Positions 43,849 through 56,500 of a DNA stretch of 64,000 bases are shown in pieces. A program made the translations under genes and the position numbers. The first letter of the stretch is position 1, and each line of letters begins with the position of its first letter. Source of the stretch: Podarcis filfolensis (Eukaryota); NCBI GenBank assembly GCA_964270895.1, contig OZ185440.1. One strand, 5' to 3'. Under the pieces are notes generated by a model. The model saw only the letters and a program-made list of their open reading frames with translations, was not told where the DNA came from and made no database searches.

Positions 43849-46800
43849 ATTGCACACATTTATTCTGGCCGCTCAAGTCCCGCTCCACCCAATACCACTG
43901 TCCAACTGAAAATTCCAAGCTTGCACCCAGCAAACAAAATATGCATACCCTCCCTCCCTCCCGAATACTAAGGATTCTCTCTCGGCTGTCAGTTAAGGCC
44001 CCATGCAACAGTTAAAACTAGTTTTCACCAGACCAGACAGAAAACTTCCTACATCAAATACATTACAATGCACAGTACGATACAAATGTCAGAACACATT
44101 ACACAATACCCATTACAACTTAATTCAAATAAACAGGATTTCTTCACACTGCGTTACACTGATGTGCTGCAAAGAAGTGTTTGCAGAATAAACAGCTCCA
44201 AAATATGCCAAACAGATCAACAAACATGAGCAAACCTCTTCACAGAGGGGAAAAAATGCATTTAATCCAAGATACTGTCAATAGCTGTGGCCTAGATGCA
44301 CTAGATAAGAGGACAAAGCACACTTCAAGGTCATGCGGAAGGTGTGTCATCTAACTATCATATTCATTTCTAAGTTTTATTATACTTGGTCTTCTCAGAC
44401 AGAAAAAATGATGCATAAACATATGTTTTTAATGAGAGATTTTTTTGGGGGGGGGGGAGAGATAAACTACCAGAATGATATCTAGTCATGTAATGACCAA
44501 ACTGCATCTTGGAAAGCAATAATCGGCTGCATGAATTATGCAAGTCAGAATAATATGACGTGTCTTTTCTTCCACAGCCCAAGATATTGGCCAGTGTTCA
44601 AATCAGAAAAATGGGGCAGGCCGCTTGTATAATACTGAGTTTTACATATTTTTGTATTCACACTGAAAAACCCTGATAGTGTTGCAGCTATCATGTGGAA
44701 AGCAGAAATAGCTTTTCAAAAAAGAAAAAATACCCCAGCACATCTCATTACACATGGATAAAACAGACATTAGACTTACAAAGTACCTCTATATCTCTGA
44801 CTCTGCTCTTTATGCATCCCTCCTGCTATTTGGCAAAAAATAATAATCTCTTTACTATATAAAGTATTTTATACAGACAAATTGATATCAGCGCTGCAAG
44901 CATCAATTTAAATTTTTCAAAACCGATGACAGTTTTGGAAAATTAAGGTAGGAATCAGCTGCTCTGAGCACAAAAAGAAAGGAAAAGCACGTTCCGAAAT
45001 GGATGAAGCAGACAAAAGTAACAGAACAGCCCTGCTCGGAGGATGCTTAGAAGATAGTGACTCTCTTAAAAATGAGTGTCTGCCATAGATTTATTTCATT
45101 AATTTTTGCAAAATACGCATTCTTCTTCCATGGAGACCATTATGTGGTGCTGTACTACCACAATGCATACATACACTTATGTCCCAGGCATTAAGAACTG
45201 ACTCCAAAACATTTTCAGTGCTGAACAAATCATGACTTGAAATCAAGAAAAGCTCAAGGCCATAGAAAGGGTCTCTATCAGTTAAGTAACCTGGAAATAA
45301 TCCAGCAAAAGCCGATACATCCCGCAAACGAAATGAACCTGGTTTTAAACCGGCATCAACCTGGAGGGCAAGGGAACCAAACAATTTTTGGCACTTGACT
45401 GCAGCACAGAAAGAGGGCTATTAGTTCAGCTAAGAGACCAGCTGCCATTTGGCATGTTCCTCCCCTGAACTGTTTCCAATGAAACTGATGGTTATAAAAA
45501 CCACCTAACTTTAAGAACTGATCCCAGAGTTTTCTTATTTTTCTCTTCCCTTCCTTCCCCCTTTTTTGTTTTTGTGTTGTGTCTTTTACATTGTAAGCTT
45601 GTGGGCTCAGACTGTCTTTGCTTTACTCTGTGTATAGCCTTTGGATACTTTTAGGTACTTCAAAAATAAAAAAGAATAATTTTTGAAAGCATCAGAGCCA
45701 GAAGAAAACCTAGCTCTGCCTGAAATCAGAGACAAAAGACTTTAATGATAAACTAGGGAACTCTTAAAGTCAGATCCAGATACTATTCCTTTCATCTGGC
45801 CCTAACTTCAAGTTCCCCACTGCACCAAGGTTCACATCATATACTAAATTTCTGAAAAGGAACTTTCATGTAAGAATTAATATGACACCCATTTGTAGAG
45901 CACTGTGATGATAACACACATAAGAGTATATTTTACTGGAGTCAGTCAAAAGAGGGAATTTCAACATGTGCAGCTCTTTTCACCGCTGCATGTCGAAATG
46001 TACTTGCCAAAAGTCTCTATACAGTGGTACCTTGGGTTACAGACTCCGCTAACCCAGAAATAGTACCTCGGGTTAAGAACTTTGCTTCAGGATGAGAACA
46101 GAAATCGTTAGCGGCAGCGCAGTGGCAGTGGGAGGCCCCATTAGCTGAAGTGGTGCTTCAGGTTAAGAACAGTTTCAGGTTAAGAACGGACCTCCGGAAC
46201 AAATTAAGTTGTTAACCCGAGGTACCACTGTATATGCTATTAAAGCCACAGCCTTAACCTCTTAAGCCACCTGGAACAAGAGGTGTGTTCCTGTGATTGG
46301 GTCTTTTCAAAAATTGTGCTATAATCCAGAGAAAAACAGAGGCTATAGACACTACACAGCAGTCAGTGTAAGTGGCTTGGGGAGAAGTGAATTTATCTAA
46401 GTATTTTTATACAGCACTTCAATCATTTACTCCTGCCAAGAGCAGTTTATCAGAGAATTTCATGCAACTGATATCATAATTACATTTATATTCTTCCTTG
46501 CCACATGCTGCGGTAGAGGGCAATCCCACCTTACACAGGAAAAAACCTGAAGAACTTTCTAACTTGTCACCCCATTTCCAATGGAATCTTTTCATTCTGA
46601 AGTGTCAAAAACCCACACAGTGAAGCAACCTGCATTTTAAAGTTGTAACTCAACCCTCACTCTTGCTGCTTGCATGGCTAATACTGCATTCAGAGCCCTG
46701 GTGCAAACAGTGACTGAGGTAGAGGGGGGAGTACAATTACAACGTACAATTGGATTGGGCCTCATGCTGTTGCACAGCAACAGTGAGACTGGCTCAAACC

Positions 46801-49187
46801 CAAGAATACCCCATTTGGGGATCTTCCGCACTGTTACTGGATATCCCCTCAATGGCACTCCTGCCCATTTAGCTTATCCTTCCCAACCCATTGCAAGTGG
46901 GGTACAGATTGCTCTGCCCCTTGGCACCAAGTGCCATTAAACAAAGAGTGAGGTCTCAAATAAGATATATACATACCGTATTTTTCGCTCTATAACACGC
47001 ACCCGACCATAACACGCACGTAGTTTTTAGAGGAGGAAAATCCGTAGGCATGCCACCCGTAGGCATTCCCTCCATAACACGCACAGACATTTCCCCTTAC
47101 TTTTTAGGAGGAAAAAAGTGAGTGTTATGGTGCAAAAAATACGGTATATATTAAAAGCATTTAGATACTGACTTGAGCTCTAAAATGGAGTTCATTAATT
47201 CTCCTGGAAACCTGATAGCAGAGGGGTCAGATGCACAGTGCCAGCTCTAATATTAGGCAGCACAAGAGGCAGCTGATTTTGAGAGTCATGAAAAGGTACC
47301 AAACTGTGATGCATTTATTATTGTATTTTACTGCCAGAACAGGGGAGAGATGCTTGTAGGATTTTCTGCCTCAGCTGCCCAAATAATAACATGACTGGCC
47401 TTGGCGTACTCCACCTCTTGACTTGGGGAGGGAAGGATTCACCTCAGGCATCAGAATGTCTTGGACAAGGCCCATAGATATAAAAGGCAGGGTTCCTGCA
47501 CCTTAAAAATTGCTTGCATGGCAGGGACACCTGCCAAAAGCACCCCTCTTCTGAACAACTATTAAAGTTGCAGGGACCCCACCCTGTGTTCGAATCTGGA
47601 TACTCTAGCAGGGCCGGCCTCTAGCATGAGGCAACCACTTCAGGCAGCAGGATCCACAGGGTAGCATATACCGATGAAGAGCTTTCTTCTCCAGTTGTCC
47701 CTGATGTAGATCTTCACGCACCCTTCCTCCCTGGCCTGGAAAGTGGGAGGAAACATCTTAATGGTTCGCCTCAGGTGCTAAGATGTCTTGGGCTGGCTCT
47801 GAGCACAGGCATGACTCACCTTAGGGCCTGATTGATTCAGGCTAAAATCCTGTGCACGCTTACCTGGGGAGTAAGCCTCACTGAAGACACAGAAATACAG
47901 TTGTACCTTAGAAGCCAATCGCCTTGGCACTTGTACGTTTTGGCTCCCAAACACCACAAACCCAGAAGTGTTCCAGTTTGCGAATGTTCTTTGGAAGCCG
48001 GAAAGTCCGACGTGGCTTCTGCAGCTTGTGATTGGCTGTAGGAGCTTCCTGCAGCCAATCGGAAACCGCGATTTGGTTTCTGAACATTTTGGAAATCGAA
48101 CCGACTTCCGGAACGGATTCTGTTTGGCTTCCAAGGTACGATTATATTTGGGAATAAGCACCCAGAAGCCTGCGCTGTCTCTTCACCATTACACTATGCA
48201 AATATCTAGTGCCGGATTTACGTATAAGCTAAACAAGCTATAGTTTAGGGCCCCACCCTCTTGGAGGCCCAAAAAAAATGTAAGGAAAAAAATATTGGAT
48301 GTACTTTTCCAAAATATAAGATAAAAAATAAATAAAATAAAACCTACATACAGTGAGAGCTTAATATTTTTTTCACTATTAAGAGACTTCTTCTTAATTG
48401 TATTTCAGTTCAACAATTACTTTGATAAAATACATATTTTGTTATGTGCAAATGGCTTTAGATACCTATTAGGTCCATAAATTACCATATAGCATATGTT
48501 CAACAAAAAAAGCAGTGACAATTTGTTGTTGACAAAGGACAGCTGGACTTATAAAGGGCCCCATTACCTTCAGTAGCTTAGGGCCTCAGCAAACCTAAAT
48601 CCGGACCTGCAAGCACCACACAGAGGCACAAACACACAAGGGTTGCCACCCCTCCTGTATAATACAGGACTGTCCCATATTTCATGCAAAATGCTACGCC
48701 CTGTTTTTGTCCTGTATTTGAGCTCTCTCTCGCCCAAGCTACGCATCCTCTCCAAATGCACGTGTTGGAAAGGGCGTGCGAAAGGTCATGTGGTTAAGCA
48801 CAGACAGGTTTACAAATTCACGTGTATGTATGCACGTGAAAAGTTCCACATGGGCCGTCCTGTTCGTCTGAAATAGATTGTATTGCTTTGAAGTCACTTC
48901 AGCACCAGATCAAACTGCCCTGTATATTGCCAGAACAAGGGTAGCTACCCTAAAGACGCCACAAAATGGGAATTAAATAATGCGGGGACCACCAGCTGCC
49001 CAGGGCGCCGACCTTCCCCCTCCCCCTCCGGGCGTCGCCCCCGCCCCACCTGCGTGTTCTCTCCCTCGCGGAAGGCCTGCGCCACCCTCTGCCGAAGGAA
49101 AGTGCCCAAGTCCCGCCCGCGCTTGGTCTCCTCCACGGGCCACTCCTCGCAGAGCTTCAAGAAGCGCCGGTACCGCGTCACCGCCAT
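40457..49187 (-). CDS. UQCC2: Ubiquinol-cytochrome c reductase complex assembly factor 2 (complete, 4 exons, 125 aa)
   Basis: The spliced product [28 protein letters not shown]...YPRLKDTSF...[13 protein letters not shown] aligns end to end with human UQCC2 as recalled; CDS 138+75+70+95=378 nt; conserved synteny. Confidence 0.96.
41824..41893 (-). CDS. UQCC2: UQCC2 exon 3 ([23 protein letters not shown])
   Basis: catag|TAT ... ACAG|gtattt, 70 nt. Confidence 0.88.
42565..42639 (-). CDS. UQCC2: UQCC2 exon 2 ([25 protein letters not shown])
   Basis: tgcag|ATT ... AAG|gtaagt, 75 nt. Confidence 0.93.
43254..43399 (+). mobile_element. tRNA-Lys(CTT)-derived SINE with CR1-type 3' tail
   Basis: Head ATAGCTCAGTCAGTAGAG..GACTCTTAATCTCAGGGT.GTGGGTTCAAGCCCCAC; tail GGTTGGACTAGATGACC..GGTCCCTTCCAACTC. 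Confidence 0.8.
43781..43846. repeat. Compound (CT)n(CA)n microsatellite
   Basis: Seen directly. Confidence 0.95.
46022..46230. mobile_element. Tc1/mariner-superfamily MITE (family A)
   Basis: TA|CAGTGGTACCT ... AGGTACCACTG|TA. Confidence 0.88.
46976..47144. mobile_element. Tc1/mariner(pogo/Tc2)-type MITE
   Basis: TA|CCGTATTTTT ... AAAAATACGG|TA; internal ATAACACGCAC three times. Confidence 0.8.
47898..48144. mobile_element. Tigger-like MITE, diverged
   Basis: TA|CAGTTGTACCTT ... AAGGTACGATT imperfect TIRs. Confidence 0.6.
48207..48609. mobile_element. Older hAT-like element
   Basis: Imperfect TIRs AGTGCCGGATTTA / TAAATCCGGACCTG; no clean TSD. Confidence 0.5.
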
Positions 49188-49400
49188 CTTGGCAAACGCC
49201 TGCGCGACACCATTGGCGCGTGGCTCACGTGGTCCGGGCTATGCTAATCCCGTCATTAGTATTCCCAACGGAGGCGCGGCGATTGGCTCCTCCGACTCTC
49301 TAGTTCCTCTCTAGTTAAAGCAGAGAGAGCGGATTGGTACCTGCGCAGATGGAACGAGAGAGCTTCCCAGACCCGCGGGACCGCAGAGATAAGAAAAATA
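48980..49400 (-). promoter_or_regulatory. CpG island / UQCC2 promoter
   Basis: High GC and CpG density; YY1 motif CCGCCATCTT over the ATG (49181-49190); CACGTG E-box near 49226-49231; ATTGG/CCAAT boxes near 49213, 49282 and 49334. Confidence 0.8.
49050..49187 (-). CDS. UQCC2: UQCC2 exon 1
   Basis: ATG at 49187, ends CAG|gtgggg. Confidence 0.95.
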
Positions 49401-50224
49401 GAGAGGCGCCTTTTTTTCAGGATGACAACATTCCGGGTTTACATTGGCGAAACGGATTCATGGAAAGGAACGGAGAAATCTGGCATACGGTCGCTGTGAT
49501 TGAGCAGGTGGGTCGTGCCCACCGAAAACTAAGAGTTAACGGCAAAGGGACTTCATGCTCCTCCTTCTCCTGACTCGGGACTAATTGAGCATTTGCAAAT
49601 TCCAAATGCCGACAATCATTTCCCGAAGTTGGAAAATGTGCGGTTGAGACCAGCGCTTTATGACAGCTCTGCAGGGTTGCACTTTGGCGTTCAGTCTGAA
49701 ACTTGCTTGGATTTTTGCGGGGGGAGGAAAAGAAAAGAGAAAGATTCACGCCAAACACCCCCAAATTGCAGCCAAAGTCGATCTCCCTAAATTCCTCCAG
49801 TAGCATACAGAAGCTTGCCTGCAGACACTTTGCATTTATAAATGTTGAGAAACTAACTGCATTCGTTTGTCACAATAAGAAACAAGTCCCGAATTACAAA
49901 GAGCACGACTCCTGTCTTTGCTGCTATCTTTTGAAATTTCTTTGGCCGCCCAGTAACAGCTGCGGTAAAATTCAGAATTTCTCTATAGGTTTATGTGAGT
50001 TTGCGCAAGGGGTGCGGGGGCGGAGTCCATAGAAACCAGAAATCTGGCAACATGTTACATCGTTATTTTTTCCTATCTCTATGAAGATTCGTTCGATTGG
50101 GAAGACTTTAGGGGTGGCGCTCATTCTTCGGTATTTGCCTGTGCGCCCGTGTTGGGAGTGGAGAGGGATTGGTAGGGGCGTCGTCTTATGCAAAGCAGCA
50201 AAGGAGAGTTTGAGTTTGATTCGC

Positions 50225-50337
50225 ACATGATTTCTCCCAAAGAATTCTGGGAATTGTAGTTTATCCTTCACAGAGCAGCAATTCCCAGTACCCTTAACAA
50301 ACTCAAATTCCCAGTATTCTTTGGGGGAAGCCACGTG
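50225..50337. mobile_element. Palindromic MITE-like element with ZNF143-like motifs
   Basis: About 38-bp imperfect inverted arms (CCCAAAGAATTCTGGGAATTGTAGTTT / AAACTCAAATTCCCAGTATTCTTTGGG). Confidence 0.65.
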
Positions 50338-51757
50338 CTTTACCTGGCTAGTTGGATGCGATCTTTTTCTTACTCCCCTCTATGAGATGCATAGTCCTTT
50401 TTAGGGGTTAATTCAGAAGTGAGTTTCATTTAATGCAGTGGGACTTAGTATTTCGGAAGCAAGTTACTCCAAAGTAAGAATTCATTGCGATTTACTGCAG
50501 AGTAAATGTTGACAGAATTGCAGTCTTAATCTGCACAGCCACACAAATTATAAGGCTCTCCTTTCCAAGATGCAACCATATGGTTAACACAGAAGGGCTA
50601 GTTGGATAGCCCACAATATGTAAAATGCACAGTTGTTGTCTGAATCTTGGCAGAAAATGAACTACATTTGCATCTGATGATGTGGGCTCAAGTCCATGAA
50701 ACTCCATGCCATAATAAAATGTGTTAGGATGGTATCTGGTGGTCACAGTAGACCCATTAAGATCAATAGATATAACTGGTTAACTTAAGTCCATGGATTT
50801 CAGTGGGTTTACTCTGCAAATAAAACATTTTAAATGTGTTGTAAAGTGCAATATACAAGTGTGACGCTAGATGGTGACACTATGCAAAATTCAATTTATT
50901 TTTCAAAATGTTTTTTAAAAACGCATTTTCACAGCGGTTTTTTTATATGTATGGAGATTCCATATGACTGCTCTGAGTATTACTTTGCCAGATGGCACCT
51001 GTAGCTTTTAAGTCTCCACAATACTCTTGGTTGTTTTTGCAGCAACAGAAATGGCTATCCCTCTGGAAACTTCGATTTGCATTAATTACTTTTTGAGGGG
51101 GTGAGGAAGAGTGATTCTTTTTTCTTTTTAAGTGTAACAAGGATTTGAGTTCTATGAGCAGTGCAAATGAAGACAACAGCTATTTGTGCCTGGAGACTTT
51201 GACAGCTCAAATGCTTCTGCTCCGGATGCTTGCTGTCAGTTGCATGTTAGCAATATTTGGTATCGTGAACTACTTCTTTTAGCAATTTCCTGCAGCTGGG
51301 TAGCAGTCTAAGCGGAGCATGTACTGGGCCTAATGATTTAATCTTCCTGTCACAATCTGCGGCTATTCGCAAGCCACAGGCAACACATAGGCAGCAAAAG
51401 GATTTCCCTGGAGGCCTGAAATTTAAACGAGGGGGAAACGATGATTTTTACAGCAATTATGCAAATGCCAACAGATCTTTAAGAAACAGCAGAAAGGAAA
51501 CACAGACTTAACCAGTTTGTTACACGGGCTATGCAATTTATTTACAGTTTGACATTCCCATTTTGGGCTTCTCTCTATTTAAACATATTCTAACAGTTTT
51601 CCCATGTGACATAGGACACAGGAAGGAATCGATTATTTGGTGGTTCCATATTCACAAAGATCAACAAAGTCTGTAAACATTTTGTCAAGTTTTGTTGGTG
51701 CGTGCACACATGCACAGAAATGCAACACAAAACATCTCGATGACACTTGGGCCCTAA

Positions 51758-52243
51758 CAGGGGCAGAGGAAGGGGGCCGGGGGCGGACCGTCCCAGGTGT
51801 CATCACTGAGGGGGTGACACTCGACGTGGTGGCCACCCGTGACTCCCAAGCCTACCCCGAGCCGTCGGGGGAAGGGGCGGAGGTGCGCTGCCTTGCTAGC
51901 GGCCTTCCCCTTTCGTTTTGACAACTTGGGGGAGGTTTGGGAGTTGCGTTTGGGCGGTGCGCCATTGCCCCCTGCTACCAGGCTGCTTTCTGGGGGGGGG
52001 AGCCTCCCCCAAGCTGGCAAAAAGAAGAGGGAAGGGAGGAAGGCTCCTGGCAAAGTGGCGCGGCTCCCTTCTCCCCCTGTAAGCAGCCCGCTATGGGCGG
52101 CTCGCTCCACCCCCCATGGGCAGCTCACTCTGCCCCCATGGGTGTCTCTCCCCTTGAGATGCTTGCCCCGCCCCCATGGCCCTGCCCCCAGGTGCACAGC
52201 ATGTGTGCCGCTCTGGGTGCCGGAGCAGCTAGCTCCGCCTCTG
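51758..52243. mobile_element. GC-rich hAT non-autonomous element
   Basis: TIR CAGGGGCAGAG / CTCCGCCTCTG; perfect 8-bp TSD GGCCCTAA at 51750-51757 and 52244-52251. Confidence 0.85.
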
Positions 52244-53053
52244 GGCCCTAACCCTGATATCTGTGCACACATGTCTTCAAGGCCTGTCTAATTCCTCAGG
52301 TGACGTCTCTCCAATATAAAAAGCCATGACATGAATTCATTTATGACTGTTATTCCACAGATTTTGCACCCTCTCCGTAACAGCCCTTCTAGCTCTTCCA
52401 TCAGAGAACCTTGGAAAGCACTGCCTTATTCCAGGAGGGGCTATCTCGCCCCTGCCTGCTTCTGCGCCTGCTTTTTATTGCTTTACTCACTCACTCCTTT
52501 CGGCTGACACATAGATTCCTTGGAGAATACTTCCCCCCCACACTCTGGTATGGAATATAAAGAATCAAGGAATTGATCTACAGCCCATTTTTAAAGTGCC
52601 AGAGTTTGGTGGCGGCTGAGCATGTGGAGCATGGTTGTCATATGATTGCTTTATTGAAAGTCCTTGGCCCATCAAACAGTGAATTAAAATGTAAAGCTGG
52701 AGGTTTTTAAGGACTTGCTAAACTATCTACACCACCCTTTTCATGAGCACGGCATGTGTTTGGCCTCTGTCGGCCTTGCAAGTCTAAATGGTACTTTATG
52801 AACAAGTCCTAAAATGATTTTCAAGTAACATTTCCTTCTAGCTGAGAAGGGCAATAACCTTCTTATGGATCGCAGGTATGATGGATTCTGTGTAATCCAC
52901 AGTAGCATTTAGTATCTTCAGAGTTTTTCCTAATATGCCATCCGTTCACCCCCTGAAAACTCTGGCTGTGACATAGTTGCTGGGAGAGCCATTGCTCTGA
53001 AGTACGGGGTGTGCCTTTTACAACCACAAGGTCTCTCGGTAGTTCAGTCGTTG

Positions 53054-53521
53054 TCATTCTCCCACAGAGATACTCTGAAAAGTTTTTATTAGGTTTTCTA
53101 GACCGAAAATGTAGCCATGATCTGGTCCCTCATAGACGGTGTGATTAAACCTAGAGCCTTTGTTGGTTGTATGAGCAAAGTCGATCATACGGACATCCAC
53201 TTTGGGGTGGCTGTTTCCATGTGGAACAGAGCAGCTACTATGCTGACAGTGTCCCTGAGGGTGATTGTCTGAAGGCGTTGCTTTCTCCAGTCCCTCATAG
53301 TTTATGAGAAGCGAGCTGGAGTAGAACCGGTAAGAGTTCTGCTTTTTGATGATTGACAGCAGAGCCTTCAACTGAGACACGATGGGTTCCACAAGATCCG
53401 TTCGGAGGCGATTCCCATTATGAAGGAACTGCAAGAGGGCTTGCCTGAAGCCGTCTGGTGAGAGTTTTCGCCCATAGTACTTATCTTTGCAGAGATATTG
53501 AACAGTGTCTGCCTGGTAGAC
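53054..53521 (-). CDS. IP6K3: IP6K3 last coding exon
   Basis: cccaag|GTC ... TGA at 53056-53054, 468 nt. Confidence 0.93.
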   Translation of the reverse strand, partial: VYQADTVQYLCKDKYYGRKLSPDGFRQALLQFLHNGNRLRTDLVEPIVSQLKALLSIIKKQNSYRFYSSSLLINYEGLEKATPSDNHPQGHCQHSSCSVPHGNSHPKVDVRMIDFAHTTNKGSRFNHTVYEGPDHGYIFGLENLIKTFQSISVGE

Positions 53522-56500
53522 CTTGGGGGAAAAGAACAAGGGACAACACATTAGATGTTTGAGAAGTTATTTTCGATAGCCTGTTCTTATTTTTAGGGTG
53601 TTACAGGAATCTTAATTGTTTTAGCAACAACAGCTACTCTGAGGGGATTTTGTTATTGGTTTTCAACAACATGAGGACTGTACTCTGTTTTTGCATAAAG
53701 AAGTAGGAAGTGTTTGTTTTAAAAAAGCTATAATATTTAGGAGGTATCTTTCACCTTTCTATGCCAGACAACCTTCACAAATCAACAAATATTTCAGGTT
53801 TATTATCTCAATTTTTTTTTTACAAAGGAAATAGTCAGGCTAAAGCTGAGCTGTAAAATCAATAATGTTATTTTTTCTAACACTACATTCTCAGTTGGTG
53901 TATATTATAGTTTCATTCCAAGCCCTATTTCTTTGTTGAAGAATGTACTCTCTGATGACACACCTGTGTGCTTCTTTCCTTATTCTGAAACACTAGAATG
54001 AGCTGTTCTTACCTGCATCCCACAAATACGGGCTCCAAGGGATGCTGATGTGCTCTGTTCACACTTCTTTATTTGGCGTGCTTTCTTCTCCTCTGATGCA
54101 TCATCACCATGCTGTCTGGTTCCCATCTTTAAGTCCAGAATGCAAGGGCATTTATATTTGGATACCACATTTTCAAGCAACAAAAATTCTGGACACATGA
54201 GTTAAGGAAATCAATTTTTTTTTTACTTAGGTTTACAACTGTAGCAAAACTTTGCAGTCCACCTGCGCTAGCTCCCCTGACCAGCTTTTTGTTTCCATCT
54301 CAACTCATTTATCCTGGGGATGTTCTACTGCCTCTGAGCTGTCTATCATTTTCAGTCACTGCTAAAGGCTGGTGGAGGCTTTCCAGGTATAAAGGACACC
54401 AACCAATGCATAAAGGTTGCTAGGAAGTTCTTATTACATGATTGGGCTTTGAGATGTGTATCAGGAGCTGGGTCTTACATGACTTCAGACAGATTTTTGT
54501 GCATGTAGACTCTCCCCCCCTTTTTTTCACTGAGTGACATAAAGTAGAGCTGAAAGGAAAATCAGAGCAAATCCAGACTGCTTAAAACTTCCCTTTGAAA
54601 CTTTTACATTTGAATGCATAGCTTTTAAAAATTGTCAAAGTGATATTAGAGGAGTGCAAAACTCAGCTTTTCATATTTTGAAACTCAGCTTCCTATACGT
54701 GAAATAAAACAGTGAAGCTAAAAATCTATGAGATGCAATTCTCCTCCCTTCCATATTGTGAACATGGCACATTGTGACAGAGAACTTCTGTTATAAGGTG
54801 GACTAGAAATAATATAAATAAACATTTATTTGCATTTTTTCGATTTATTGTTTCAGTATTTTTGAGACAAGGTTCATACAGAGCTTGGGAATGTGGGCAA
54901 AATCCAGCATATATTAGTTGTGACTAACACTGTGATACCTGCCTACTTGTAAGTATGTCCCATTGAGTTCCATGCACTTACTCCCAAGTAAGTGTTCCAG
55001 CCCTAGTCCCACTGAAACAAATGCCATTACTTATTATGACTAAACTGTACAGGATTGTTCCTTATGTATTTCTATTTTATCCAGTACTACTGGAGCCTAA
55101 AATTAGAACAAGTTATCCACGATATATATATGTATGTTGAAATGCTCATCTATTATTAAAAGTGAAAGGGATACTGGGAGTTCTGCATTGCAACCTTGGG
55201 ATTATAAAAATAAAATAAAATGTAGAAAAACAGCTAGGAAAAAGATACGATGAAGTTTGTTCTCATTATACTTCGAAGACATGCGGTTTAGATGCTGTTT
55301 ATGGCAGTACAGTCCCCAGGGATTATAGCTGTTCTTTTCTGGCTGGTTCCCGTTGGCATCCTCCATAATTGAAGACACGTCTCTGTGGTACTGGAGGTCT
55401 GTCTGTAATACCGCTTTCCCCTGGCAGCTACGCACAATGCAAAAGAAAAAGGAGGGGGGATATGATTAGCCTACTATCTAGAAGTAATAGCCTATCATCT
55501 GACCCTAAACATGTTTGCAGGTAACTCACAGGGGTTACGTTCTGGAGATGGCATGTATACGCAAAAACATGTATAGTCCAAGCAACCCTTTGGAACTGCC
55601 ACATGGGCAATCTTAACTTATGGAGATGGCATGCTGGTCTCACCTCCCACCCTCCCAGCAAGGCTTTTAAGCTCTCCACCTTGCCCGAGAGGCTCTCAAG
55701 TGGATTTTTTACGCACTGGGAAAACCCTGCACAGAAAGAGCTCTGAAGCTTTCTGTGTTCCATGCATTTGATTTGTGTGATTTCGACCGGCTGGTTTGCA
55801 ATCATGCAAAGTTGAAATTGTGTAAGTTCAACATGCGTAAGTGCCAGTGACACCAGTAAAACTTAGTGCATATTTCTAAGCCTGGCTGGAATGTGTCCTT
55901 GAACTCTGATGATGCCTCTTGCATGTCTGCATAGAGAATAAAAAGGTGTGTGCAGAAACTACCCAACAAAGGTAACATATATGTTACCATATATACCATT
56001 GCCGTGTCCAATTTTCCCTCTGGCCCCAACCACTACTGCCATGGAAGGTTGCCCAGACAGGAATGCAGGCCTCAGACAACATGGTTCTTCATTCCTGGTT
56101 TAGTTTATGAGGGAAGGAGATATGGCCCCTTACTGAAGCCAAGTGCACTAACTTCTGTTCAAGATGTGATGCTTTAAACAAGGACTTTGCCACTGAAAAG
56201 AGTTACTTCCCTCGGTGTGAAAGCTGAATGCGTTTCCAATTGCTCTCAGTGCTTTTGCATCCCTTGGGATAGACTAATGTTATGTGCAGTTCCTATTTCC
56301 ATGTGGAATTCCCATTTCTTGAGCTACCCTTGAGGATGAGGACAACCTGAGTTCAACCCAGGTGTGTTCACTGCTGCTTTGTGAAGCAGGAGAATTGCAC
56401 AGGTGCATGTTTTGCTGGAGGTGGGCTCCTTACCTGTCCTTGGCGGTGTTTGTGAGTGGGCCATGATTCCATTTGACAAACGTGTGGTCACCACTGCTGG

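Noticed and set aside
51633-52291. Several overlapping 67-172 aa ORFs
   Set aside because: Caused by the high GC content of the hAT element at 51758-52243.
55421-55427. Alternative CAG acceptor 7 nt inside the IP6K3 exon
   Set aside because: Would break the frame given the phase-2 upstream donor.
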